DNA of 64,000 nucleotides from Candidatus Babeliales bacterium (GTDB lineage Bacteria; Babelota; Babeliae; Babelales; RVW-14): NCBI GenBank assembly GCA_041671765.1, contig JBAZAX010000007.1, positions 68 to 64,067 of the forward strand, read 5' to 3'. Shown piece by piece: positions 6,537 to 15,615 of this stretch (position 1 is its first letter; each line of letters starts with the position of its first letter). The notes under the pieces were generated by a model. It saw only the letters and a program-made list of their open reading frames with translations, ran no database searches and was not told where the DNA came from. The position numbers and the translations under genes were made by a program.

Positions 6537-7670
6537 ATGAAAAAGAGTTTATTAGTTGCTTCTGCATTTTTTTTAATCACTTCGGTGATAAATGAAAACG
6601 CATTTGGAATGGAAAAAAAAGAAGAAGAATCAAAAAAACGTCATACCTCTGTTGGCAAACCAACTCCGAGTGCAAAGCCAGAAAAACGTCGAAAAAGTCA
6701 AGAAGACACAGCTGAAGACACTGTTGTTGTTGATGATCATCAACAAATTGCAACCAATTTTGCATTAATAGGACAGCTGGCCAGACAAATGCAAGTAAAC
6801 CAGACGCCAGAAGACGCCGCGTTATTGGCAGCAGCACCGGCAGTAGAACAAGCTAGCTCCTCAGCGCCCAAACCAGAAAAAATGGAAATAGAAAAAACAG
6901 CAAGAGAATCTGAATTAACCGATTCGTTGCGACAAGCACTTACTCCTATTTTAGGAGTAAAATTTCACGTAATAGAGTTGCAACTTGAAGATCTATGCGA
7001 AGGCCAAAAGGGAATAAAGACAAGCCAAAAAAGATTAGAATCAGGCCAAACAAGAGTTGAAGCAGCAATCGAAAGAATATCTACAAATCAAGCAGCAGCA
7101 AGGCTACAATTAACAAGACTTGAAGATGCAACACAACAAAACAATGTTCTTATTGTAGCTGTTAGAGGAAATGTTACTGAGATAAATCGACAAATCACTG
7201 ACCTAACCCAACGCACTACTGAAATTGGCCGACAACTTACACAACTCGATGGACGCGTAAGAACTGAATCCGAACGATCTGCAACCGAGCATCAAGACCT
7301 TCGCAGACACATTGATCAACTTGTTAGAGTAACAAGTGGAGCTCCAATAACGTTACTTTTATTTGTTGCAGCGGCAACAGGAGTCCCATTATATTTGCTA
7401 CAAGGAATAATTACAGCGGGAATTGGAACAACAGTAACGGTTTTGGCAACAAATCAAGCATACCCAATTTGCTTACAAATAGCCCAAAACCCCGCAATTC
7501 AATTTATCTGGCGTCACATTAACATCAGAAGAGCCCATGCTGAAGAAGCACAGGCACAGCAAGCCCCAGCACCAGTAGCCCCCCCAGCAGCCGCACCAGT
7601 TGAACAAGCTCAAGATCAGCATCAAGCACCAGTGGCTCCTGCAGAACAACATCACTGTGAAATAATGTAA
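6537..7670 (+). CDS. leader-bearing coiled-coil membrane protein with C-terminal CaaX box (CEIM)
   Basis: Leader MKKSLLVASAFFLITSV. Long heptad-like region (LQLTRLEDATQQNN..EINRQITDLTQRTTEIGRQLTQLDGRV). Approx 40-aa bilobed hydrophobic stretch. A/P/Q-rich tail ending HHCEIM*. Confidence 0.7.
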   Translation: MKKSLLVASAFFLITSVINENAFGMEKKEEESKKRHTSVGKPTPSAKPEKRRKSQEDTAEDTVVVDDHQQIATNFALIGQLARQMQVNQTPEDAALLAAAPAVEQASSSAPKPEKMEIEKTARESELTDSLRQALTPILGVKFHVIELQLEDLCEGQKGIKTSQKRLESGQTRVEAAIERISTNQAAARLQLTRLEDATQQNNVLIVAVRGNVTEINRQITDLTQRTTEIGRQLTQLDGRVRTESERSATEHQDLRRHIDQLVRVTSGAPITLLLFVAAATGVPLYLLQGIITAGIGTTVTVLATNQAYPICLQIAQNPAIQFIWRHINIRRAHAEEAQAQQAPAPVAPPAAAPVEQAQDQHQAPVAPAEQHHCEIM

Positions 7671-7703
7671 TTATTTTAATAGTTATCGATTAATAATTTT
7701 TGC

Positions 7704-7752
7704 AAGACAGGGATAAATGGAATATTCATTCCGTTTATCCCTGTCTTATTTT
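7704..7752 (+). terminator. rho-independent terminator
   Basis: 17-bp stem AAGACAGGGATAAATGG / CCGTTTATCCCTGTCTT (one G-U), followed by ATTTTAT. Confidence 0.7.
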
Positions 7753-7890
7753 ATAGACCCTATTTTGATAGGCTTCTAGAGAAAAATTTCACACAACTCT
7801 CTACTTTTTAATAAACTTTGGCTACGCTAGGTAAAAGACAATGCTTTACAACAATTTTTCAATAAATATTTAAATATAATTGGATAGAAT

Positions 7891-9225
7891 ATGAACTTTT
7901 TATCAACGTATTTAGCTTGGCGTTACCTGTGGTTCAAAGGCAAAGACAAAAACATAGCCTTCATGATCAAGATTTGTTTTTTAGGAATACTGATTGGAAC
8001 ATTTTCATTAATGCTTACATTGATTATTACAAATGGATTTGAAAAAGTTATACATGAAAAAATGCAGGGCATAAATTCACAAGTTATTGTATCAAGCCAA
8101 GGAAACAGGCTTGAATACAATGGGATAAGAAATTTGCTTTTGACAGAATTCAAACAAGACATTCAGGCTGTTAGTGCACGTGCAATCAAACAAGCACTAA
8201 TTGATCATAACAAAAAACAATCTGTTATATTTCTTGAGGGCATCGATACCCAAAACGAAAGTGAAGTCACAACCCTGCCGGAAAAAATTATTTATCCCAA
8301 AAATCTCAATAAAAACACTGCAACAAAACTTATTTTAAATATGGCAGAAAACGAACTACTTATTGGTCACAAAACCGCAGAACTCTACAATCTTCATGTT
8401 GGGGATGAGGTCAATTTAATGATTCCGGAACCTGCAAGCAAACATAAGCTTTTTTTTAACAAACACACATTTGTTATCGGTGGAATTTTTAAAATTGGGC
8501 TCGATGAATATGACAATAATATCGCATTCTGCAATATCAACCATATGAATAAACTCTTTAATGAAAATGGCGTGGACCAAATTACAGTAAAATTACATAT
8601 TCACGAAAAAAAATATCTGAAACACTCAATGCTATCCTCAGATTTTTGGATTGAATTTTGGACTGAGATAAAATTCAAAATTAAAAATTTCTTCACAACC
8701 AATCCAGAAGAAGCAGCTATTATCAAAAAGCTACAAAAACGACTCCCGCATCTACAAATTAATTCATGGAAAGACCTTTATCCAGCACTAGTTTCATCGC
8801 TAAAATTAGAAAAATATGTAATGTTTTTTATTCTCGCCCTGATATCACTTGTTGCGAGTATGAACATGATTTCACTGCTTTTTATGCAGATTCAACAGAA
8901 ACGAAGAGATATTGCAATATTTAAGGCAATGGGAATGTCTGACAATTGTATACGCAGTATATTTTTGCACCTGGGAATTGGAATAACTTTATCGGCTTCA
9001 GCTATTGGACTAGGCATAGCTGCCTTAGCGGGATACCTGCTGGAAAAATACCCATTTATCGAACTGCCTGACGTTTACTACGTCTCATACCTACCGGCAC
9101 GCATGGAACCTGAGATATTTTTTGTAGTATTTATAGCAACAATGCTACTTGGTTTTCTAGCAACTTGGATTCCATCCCGCAGATCCAAGCAAATTGAGAT
9201 TGCGCAAGTTTTACGACAAGAATAA
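7891..9225 (+). CDS. lipoprotein-releasing system permease, LolC/E family (FtsX/MacB-type)
   Basis: 444 aa. N-terminus LAWRYLWFKGKDKNIAFMIKICFLGILIGTFSLMLTLIITNGFEKVIHEKMQGINSQVIV matches the LolC/E pattern. C-terminal FtsX 3-TM module. Confidence 0.8.
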   Translation: MNFLSTYLAWRYLWFKGKDKNIAFMIKICFLGILIGTFSLMLTLIITNGFEKVIHEKMQGINSQVIVSSQGNRLEYNGIRNLLLTEFKQDIQAVSARAIKQALIDHNKKQSVIFLEGIDTQNESEVTTLPEKIIYPKNLNKNTATKLILNMAENELLIGHKTAELYNLHVGDEVNLMIPEPASKHKLFFNKHTFVIGGIFKIGLDEYDNNIAFCNINHMNKLFNENGVDQITVKLHIHEKKYLKHSMLSSDFWIEFWTEIKFKIKNFFTTNPEEAAIIKKLQKRLPHLQINSWKDLYPALVSSLKLEKYVMFFILALISLVASMNMISLLFMQIQQKRRDIAIFKAMGMSDNCIRSIFLHLGIGITLSASAIGLGIAALAGYLLEKYPFIELPDVYYVSYLPARMEPEIFFVVFIATMLLGFLATWIPSRRSKQIEIAQVLRQE

Positions 9226-9262
9226 AGCGGAGTTTTTAAAATAAAATCAGTGGATTTATTAA

Positions 9263-9736
9263 ATGGAAAATAAAGATAAAAATTTTATGTTAACTGCTAT
9301 AGAACTTTCAATTAACAGTGTTAAAAATAATAGAGGCCCATTTGGTGCTGTAATCGTAAAAGATGGAGAAATTGTATCGAAAGCATCAAACAGCATAACT
9401 TTAGATAACGACCCAACTGCACATGCGGAAATTAATGCAATCAGAAATGCGTGTACAGCATTAAAAACATTTGATTTATCTGGGTGCACAATATACACTT
9501 CGTGCGAACCTTGTCCGATGTGTCTTGGGGCAATTTATTGGTCAAGAATAAACAAAATTTTTTATGCCAACGATAGAACTGATGCAAAAAGCATAGGCTT
9601 TGACTATTCATTTATTTATGATGAACTAGAAAAACCTATAAAAAAAAGATCCGTTCCTTTGGTTCAAATAATGGAATGCGAAGCCATAAAGGCATTTGAA
9701 ATTTGGAAACAAAAAGCTGATAAGATTGAATATTAA
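9263..9736 (+). CDS. guaD: guanine deaminase (CDA-fold, GuaD-like)
   Basis: 157 aa, colinear with B. subtilis GuaD as recalled. GPFGAVIVKDGEIV, DPTAHAEINAIR, YTSCEPCPMCLGAIYW, FDYSFIYDE. Confidence 0.85.
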   Translation: MENKDKNFMLTAIELSINSVKNNRGPFGAVIVKDGEIVSKASNSITLDNDPTAHAEINAIRNACTALKTFDLSGCTIYTSCEPCPMCLGAIYWSRINKIFYANDRTDAKSIGFDYSFIYDELEKPIKKRSVPLVQIMECEAIKAFEIWKQKADKIEY

Positions 9737-9774
9737 AGCATAAGTCTTGTTACTTATTAAGCCCATATGATCAT

Positions 9775-9806
9775 TAAAAAAGGCCGCAATTTATTTGCGG
9801 CCTTCA
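9775..9806 (-). terminator. rho-independent terminator (mainly for the minus-strand small gene)
   Basis: Stem AAGGCCGCAA / TTGCGGCCTT. A U-tract follows on the minus strand. Lies between convergent genes. Confidence 0.6.
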
Positions 9807-9829
9807 ATCTTCTTTCAGAATAAAACTAA

Positions 9830-10030
9830 TTACTTAGCTTCTTCTGTCTCGTCTAGCATTGCATCCATATCAAGAGATTCATCTTCTTGAGATTCTGCAG
9901 GAGCTACTGGAGCTACTGGGGCTGTTTGTGTTGTTTCGTCTTTTGGTGTTGTGGCTGTTGTGTCTTCTTCAGCCATTACATAACCGGCTACTGCAACAAA
10001 TGCGAGTGCTAACAATAAACTCTTTTTCAT
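9830..10030 (-). CDS. small secreted acidic protein
   Basis: 66 aa. Leader MKKSLLLALAFVAVAGYVMA, then a T/P/E/D-rich tail. AGGAGG SD. The 5' codons are nearly identical to the 6537 gene. Confidence 0.55.
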   Translation of the reverse strand: MKKSLLLALAFVAVAGYVMAEEDTTATTPKDETTQTAPVAPVAPAESQEDESLDMDAMLDETEEAK

Positions 10031-10343
10031 AATAAATCCTCCTAAAGAAAGGTTTTATAAAAAAACCTCCAATTCCCATAAACTATTACCTACGACATTT
10101 CAATTAGTTATTATCAACGTATCCCATAAAGATGGCTTTGTCAACGGCTCTAACTAAAAATCTATTTCAATTATAAATTACGGTTTAAAGCAGGTCTTTT
10201 TGGTTAAAATGCACCCTAAAATACCAAATAATCTGTAAATTTAATAAAAAAGCTAGACGTAGTAAAAACAACCTTGCTAGATTTATATAATTTAAATAAT
10301 TTAACTTATATAAATTAACTAAAATTTCAAAAAAGGCAAAAAA

Positions 10344-11594
10344 ATGAATTTCAAATGGCTAAAAACGTTAAATTTGAATAAAAAACGGATATTTTTAAGA
10401 GCAGATTTGAATATTTCCCTAAAAAACGATCAAATATTGCAAGATTTCAAATTAGAGGCGATTTTGCCCACTATTGATTTTATTTTGAAAAATGAGGGTA
10501 AAATCGTTCTGGCAACCCATATAGGTAGGCCAGAACCCGGCAATAAATCGGATTTATTGGAAAAATCACTTTCTACCAAAATTCTGATTCCTTGGTTCAA
10601 AAATCGTGGTTACAATATCGACTACGAACCGGATCTTATTACGGCCGAAAGAAAGAGCCACCAAAATAGTAACTCTATATTATTGCTTGAAAACTTACGT
10701 TATTTTGTCGGGGAAAGAGAAAATAGTATAAAATTCGCCGAACTTTTGGCTGCAACCGCAGACCTGTATGTAAATGATGCCTTTGGAAACATACATAGAA
10801 CAGACACTTCAACAACATTGCTTGCTAAACAATTCTCACCTACAAAACGCAGTTTCGGCCTTTTAATTGAAAAAGAATTAAAAAATCTTGATCAGATCAG
10901 ATTAAATAAATCAGATAATTTTGTTGTTGTTCTTGGTGGAATAAAAATTAAAGACAAGATTAAGATGCTTGAAAACTTAATGACAAACACTGATAAACAA
11001 AAAGCACGAGCTTTCATTATTGGAGGTGGCATAGCTTTGGCATTTTTAAAAGCCAAGGGACTTAATGTCGGCAGCATTGAACTTGATGAGCAAACTCTTG
11101 GAATGGCAGAAAAAATTCTACATAATGCTCAAAAAAACGATGTTGAAATAATTTTGCCCGTTGATCAGATTATTAAAGACGCAAGAGTCGAAGCCTCAAT
11201 GGTGGAGGCCTCAATAGTCGAAAACGCCGGTGTTGCTGAAATCGTTGACGTTGAAAAAATACCAACATCAGCCAAATGCATAGATATCGGGCCCCAAACA
11301 ATTAAACTATTTTCGCAAGAGATAAAAAAGGCTAGCGTAATATTTACAAATGGCACCATGGGAATTTATGATATGCAAGGCGGAGAAGTCGGAACACAAA
11401 GCATTTTACAAGCAATTGCAGACGCTAACGCGTTAGCAATTGTGGGTGGTGGAGATGCAACTGCTGCTACATGTATTTTCGGGCTTCAAGATAAAATGGA
11501 CTTTTTATCAACCGGAGGCGGTGCAACATTGAAATATTTAGGATGTAAAAACCCCGAGCAAGAGATGCCCGGATTGCAAGCAATGCTTGATTAA
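10344..11594 (+). CDS. pgk: phosphoglycerate kinase
   Basis: 416 aa. RADLN, ATHIGRP, NDAFGNIHR, STGGGATLKYL motifs. Confidence 0.95.
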   Translation: MNFKWLKTLNLNKKRIFLRADLNISLKNDQILQDFKLEAILPTIDFILKNEGKIVLATHIGRPEPGNKSDLLEKSLSTKILIPWFKNRGYNIDYEPDLITAERKSHQNSNSILLLENLRYFVGERENSIKFAELLAATADLYVNDAFGNIHRTDTSTTLLAKQFSPTKRSFGLLIEKELKNLDQIRLNKSDNFVVVLGGIKIKDKIKMLENLMTNTDKQKARAFIIGGGIALAFLKAKGLNVGSIELDEQTLGMAEKILHNAQKNDVEIILPVDQIIKDARVEASMVEASIVENAGVAEIVDVEKIPTSAKCIDIGPQTIKLFSQEIKKASVIFTNGTMGIYDMQGGEVGTQSILQAIADANALAIVGGGDATAATCIFGLQDKMDFLSTGGGATLKYLGCKNPEQEMPGLQAMLD

Positions 11595-11628
11595 AACTAT
11601 GCGTAATTAAAACTATGATTGATACTTT

Positions 11629-12831
11629 ATGAAAAAAATAAAAATTATAATTTACACCATAATACTAATAATAATTGGATTTGGATCCACAAAAATTTAT
11701 AAAAAGTTCTCGACAAAGCAATCTCATAATCTTTACAAAATCGAAACGCCACAAAAAAAAACTATAAGCCAATCAATTAATGCAGCAGGGATACTAGAAC
11801 TTAAAGAATTTTATAAGATAGGAAGTCAGGTGGCGGGAATTGTAAAAGACGTTCTCATCAAAGAAAATGCTACTGTAAAAAAAGGTCAGCTTCTTGCAGA
11901 AATCGAACTTATAAAGGGCAATACTGATATACGGGCAACAAAATACAATGTTGAAAAAGCACAACAAGAATACGATTATCAAAAAGATTATTATGATCGG
12001 CAAAAACAACTTTACAAATCCGGGCAATTGGCAAAAAACGCATTTCAACGTGTGGAAACAGATTACCTCAAGGCATTGGATGACCTTAACTATCAAAAAG
12101 CCACTTTAGAAAAATTTGAACTCGAATTGAAAAATTCAAAAATTATTGCACCTGCTGATGGGATAATAACAAACGTAGGAATATCAAAAGGCATGGCGGT
12201 ATTAAACGATTTTCAAAATATATTATTTGAACTTGCGCAAGATATCTCTGAAATGAAAGCAATTTTCGACATTGATGAAAGTGAAGTCGGACAGATAAAG
12301 CCCGGACAATCAACAATAATCAGAATAAACAGTTATCCGGAGCTTTTAATTAAAAGCAGTATTAATGACGTAAGCTTCATTCCCAAAAGTGGTGTGAATA
12401 ATGGAGGTGCATTTTATAAAGCCACTGCAATATTAAACAATGAAACGCGAATTTTACGTCCGGGAATGCGCCTTAATGGTTTGATAAAAATAGCAAAATC
12501 AGAGAATGTTTTATGCATAAATGGACTTGCCTTTCAAATTAATTCAGAAATTCTTGGAAAAATAGCTCAAGAGCTTAAATATGGATTCAAGCCTTTAGAT
12601 GAAAAAACAAAAAAAGACTTCAAGAAAGCCAATTTAGACAAAGGCGTTCGAACCGTTTGGATTGTTGAAAATAACACATTTATTCAAAAATTGGTTATTG
12701 TCGGACTTAACGACGAAACCAACTGGCAAATTATTTACGGATTAAAAGAAAATGAACAGGTATTAGTCGACATCCAAGAACCAAACATAATGGATAACGA
12801 ATATGGCAAATGGTTCCAGGGAGCTTTATAA
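11629..12831 (+). CDS. efflux periplasmic adaptor (HlyD/MacA family)
   Basis: 400 aa with N-terminal TM, lipoyl-like hairpin (VAGIVKDVLIKENATVKKGQLLAEIE), coiled-coil, beta-barrel region. Paralog of 15616. Confidence 0.8.
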   Translation: MKKIKIIIYTIILIIIGFGSTKIYKKFSTKQSHNLYKIETPQKKTISQSINAAGILELKEFYKIGSQVAGIVKDVLIKENATVKKGQLLAEIELIKGNTDIRATKYNVEKAQQEYDYQKDYYDRQKQLYKSGQLAKNAFQRVETDYLKALDDLNYQKATLEKFELELKNSKIIAPADGIITNVGISKGMAVLNDFQNILFELAQDISEMKAIFDIDESEVGQIKPGQSTIIRINSYPELLIKSSINDVSFIPKSGVNNGGAFYKATAILNNETRILRPGMRLNGLIKIAKSENVLCINGLAFQINSEILGKIAQELKYGFKPLDEKTKKDFKKANLDKGVRTVWIVENNTFIQKLVIVGLNDETNWQIIYGLKENEQVLVDIQEPNIMDNEYGKWFQGAL

Positions 12832-12851
12832 CAATATTTAAAGTAAATCTT

Positions 12852-14069
12852 ATGAATACAATTTTACTAATAAAAACTGCAACCAAATCATTACTTCACC
12901 ATAAAGGCAGATCATTATTGACAGCGTTGGGAATAATAATCGGCATAGGCTCAATCGTCGCATTAATTGCAATTGGGAAGGGAGCCGAAAAAAAAATCCA
13001 ACAATCAATTTTGTCTTCAGGAACAAACTTTATTTATATCAGCCCAGGTTGGCCACCTGAAACCAGTCGTGGCAAGTGTGTAAAAAATATTTACGCACGC
13101 CATGCGGATATTCTAAAAAAACTCTGTCCCACAATTCAAAACGCTTCCCCAATGGTATACCACGGCTCGAAAATTAAAAATCAAAATTCAAGTAACGTTG
13201 ATACACATATAAACGGCTGCAATGAAAGTGGAATGCAAATCAGCAATTGCAAAATACATTCAGGAACATTTATACAAAAACATCACGTAGAAAAAGCATC
13301 AAAAGTCATCGTACTTTGCAAAGAGACCGCAAATTCACTATTTAAAAAAGTTGATCCAATTGGTCAAATGGTAGAAATCGAAAAAACGGTATTTAAGGTT
13401 ATTGGAGTTCTTGATAAAATAGAAACTCAAGGATCATTTAACGACCGAAACAAAGAATGTTACATGCCATACACAGCAGTTAAAAAGTACCTAAAATTAT
13501 CATTTGATGATGTTGTAAATGGAATATTTATTTCAACAAAAAGCGCTGAACTTATTCCGGAAACAGTACGTCAAATAACTAAAATTATGAGAATGCAGCA
13601 TAAACTTGAAGAATATGATCCAACTGATTTTACAATATTTGATCAACAGGGAATGCTAAAAGCTGCAGGTAAGGCATCATCCACGTTCTCACTTTTTTTA
13701 CTTATCGTAGCACTCATTGCCCTTTTGATCGGTGGAATTGGCGTTATGAATATTATGCTTGTTTCTGTTGGAGAACGCACCCAAGAGATCGGAATTCGCA
13801 TGGCTATAGGCGCAAACGAGAAAACAATTCGCATGCAATTTTTGTTTGAAGCTTTAGCGCTTTGTTCAATTGGTGGAATCATTGGACTGATTCTTGGAGT
13901 TATTATTCCAATTATTGCAAGCAAATTTACCGGCTGGTACGTAATAATAACCCCATCATCAATATTTACTGCAGCATTAACTATAATTTTGGTCGCAATA
14001 ATTTTTGGATTTTATCCCGCCTATAAAGCCTCAAAACTAAATCCTATTGATGCGCTGATCGAACATTGA
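12852..14069 (+). CDS. MacB-like ABC permease (FtsX domain), no adjacent ATPase
   Basis: Start moved to ATG 12852 (MNTILLIKTATKSLLHHKGRSLLTALGIIIGIGSIV). MacB periplasmic domain plus C-terminal FtsX TMs, ending YPAYKASKLNPIDALIEH. Confidence 0.8.
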   Translation: MNTILLIKTATKSLLHHKGRSLLTALGIIIGIGSIVALIAIGKGAEKKIQQSILSSGTNFIYISPGWPPETSRGKCVKNIYARHADILKKLCPTIQNASPMVYHGSKIKNQNSSNVDTHINGCNESGMQISNCKIHSGTFIQKHHVEKASKVIVLCKETANSLFKKVDPIGQMVEIEKTVFKVIGVLDKIETQGSFNDRNKECYMPYTAVKKYLKLSFDDVVNGIFISTKSAELIPETVRQITKIMRMQHKLEEYDPTDFTIFDQQGMLKAAGKASSTFSLFLLIVALIALLIGGIGVMNIMLVSVGERTQEIGIRMAIGANEKTIRMQFLFEALALCSIGGIIGLILGVIIPIIASKFTGWYVIITPSSIFTAALTIILVAIIFGFYPAYKASKLNPIDALIEH

Positions 14070-14072
14070 ACG

Positions 14073-14525
14073 TTAAAAATTGGCCGGCGTTAAGGCCAAG
14101 TATTTTGTTTCCCAGCACTTTTCATCAAAAGCTGTCCAATCCGTTTCCATAATAATAGATGGATAAACAACTTCATTTTTGAGCTGGTCTTTGCTGTACC
14201 AATTTACATCAACAATTCCCTCAACCGACGCCTCATCGGTTTTTGACAACTGCCCCCCAACAACACTACAAAGAAACCATATTTTTATCATTCGATATTT
14301 TCGTGAAAGCAAGTCTTCAACAAAAAGCATCTTGCCCGGTTTTACTTCAAACCCAGTCTCTTCCATAACTTCCCTAATTAAAGCCTGTTGCATATCCTCT
14401 TCAATTTCGACTCCACCACCGGGCCCAACAAGAATGCTACTTCCATCTGGAAAATTGTATCTAACAAGTAAAATTTTATTATAGTGCAAAACTATACCAG
14501 CGGCTGATATTCTGTAATTTTTCAC
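14073..14525 (-). CDS. NUDIX hydrolase
   Basis: Nudix box GGGVEIEEDMQQALIREVMEETG. Confidence 0.85.
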   Translation of the reverse strand: MKNYRISAAGIVLHYNKILLVRYNFPDGSSILVGPGGGVEIEEDMQQALIREVMEETGFEVKPGKMLFVEDLLSRKYRMIKIWFLCSVVGGQLSKTDEASVEGIVDVNWYSKDQLKNEVVYPSIIMETDWTAFDEKCWETKYLALTPANF

Positions 14526-14641
14526 GGCTATCCTATCCTATTTAATTTTTACTAAACAATTGATCGATTTGCTGAATTTAGCAAGAAAAATTTAAATACG
14601 CTATGAAAGCAAAACCTAAATTTATAGACGAAGGGCTTTGC

Positions 14642-15409
14642 TCACGCGGGAGATCTATTAGATATTGATTTTTGAATTTTACCACGCTTGTAAAATTTGC
14701 AAGTTTCCCCTGATCTAAGCTTTGATCGAACAATAGGCTTGCGTAAAGATATCTCTTTCTGAAATATTACGGCTACGCTTTTTAGCAGATCTAGTATTTT
14801 TAAATGATGCTCCGAGTCTTTTACAGATGATATTTTTTTTGAGATATCTTCTGTTAAATATTGTAATCTTTTCATGCTGTTTATTAATTTTATGCGCGCA
14901 GCGCCAAAAGGCAAACAGGCACGTTCCTTCCTAATAATATTTTCAACTTTTTGACGAAATGATGACGAAAAACTAGACCTAATTTGCAAAGTTTTTGCAA
15001 TAATTGGACTATCATTCTCCAATTCAGATAAAGATACGTATAAGGCAAGTATCTTCTCAATCATATCCCCAATGTTATAAAACAAATTTGCGGATAATAT
15101 TTTTTTACCTAAGTATGCAGAGTCTTTTCCCGGTTCTCTTTTTCGCTCGGCAGTCAAATCATTAACCGAATGAATAAATTGAACCGTGCTTTTCATAATT
15201 CCAATTAGCTCGTCCTCGAGAAACTCATCAATAATTCTATTTTGTTCACATTGAGATTGCCAAAGTTCCTCTAATTTAGCCGAAACCGAAGCATAGGTTT
15301 CCAAAGTTAGCTCTGGTAAAGGTTTTGTTTCCGTATCCTTTGATTCCATACACAACACATAATTTTCACCAATCAAAATAAAAATTATAATTCTATAAAT
15401 TTTATACAT
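14642..15409 (-). CDS. hypothetical protein with N-terminal hydrophobic leader
   Basis: Track ORF starts at TTG. ATG 15409 (MYKIYRIIIFILIGENYVLC) is preferred. No family recognised. Confidence 0.55.
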   Translation of the reverse strand: MYKIYRIIIFILIGENYVLCMESKDTETKPLPELTLETYASVSAKLEELWQSQCEQNRIIDEFLEDELIGIMKSTVQFIHSVNDLTAERKREPGKDSAYLGKKILSANLFYNIGDMIEKILALYVSLSELENDSPIIAKTLQIRSSFSSSFRQKVENIIRKERACLPFGAARIKLINSMKRLQYLTEDISKKISSVKDSEHHLKILDLLKSVAVIFQKEISLRKPIVRSKLRSGETCKFYKRGKIQKSISNRSPA

Positions 15410-15615
15410 GCCCCTCTCCCTCAAAAATTTTTAAATTTTTAGATGCTATAAATTAATTAACAAACTAAAAAATATTACTTTTCATATGCTATGGAAATAA
15501 AAAATTAAAAATGGTAGTATTTTTGTTACGTTATCTTATAAAATATACATAAATAGATTCGCAAAAGGCAATCCTAACAAATTATTAATCGCTTTAATAT
15601 TTAAAGGTATAAAAT

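Noticed and set aside
11190-11219. 15-bp imperfect tandem duplication inside pgk (GAAGCCTCAATGGTG / GAGGCCTCAATAGTC, encoding EASMV-EASIV).
   Set aside because: This is an in-frame micro-duplication in a surface-loop insertion of an otherwise typical Pgk. It is probably neutral slippage, and I see no functional implication.
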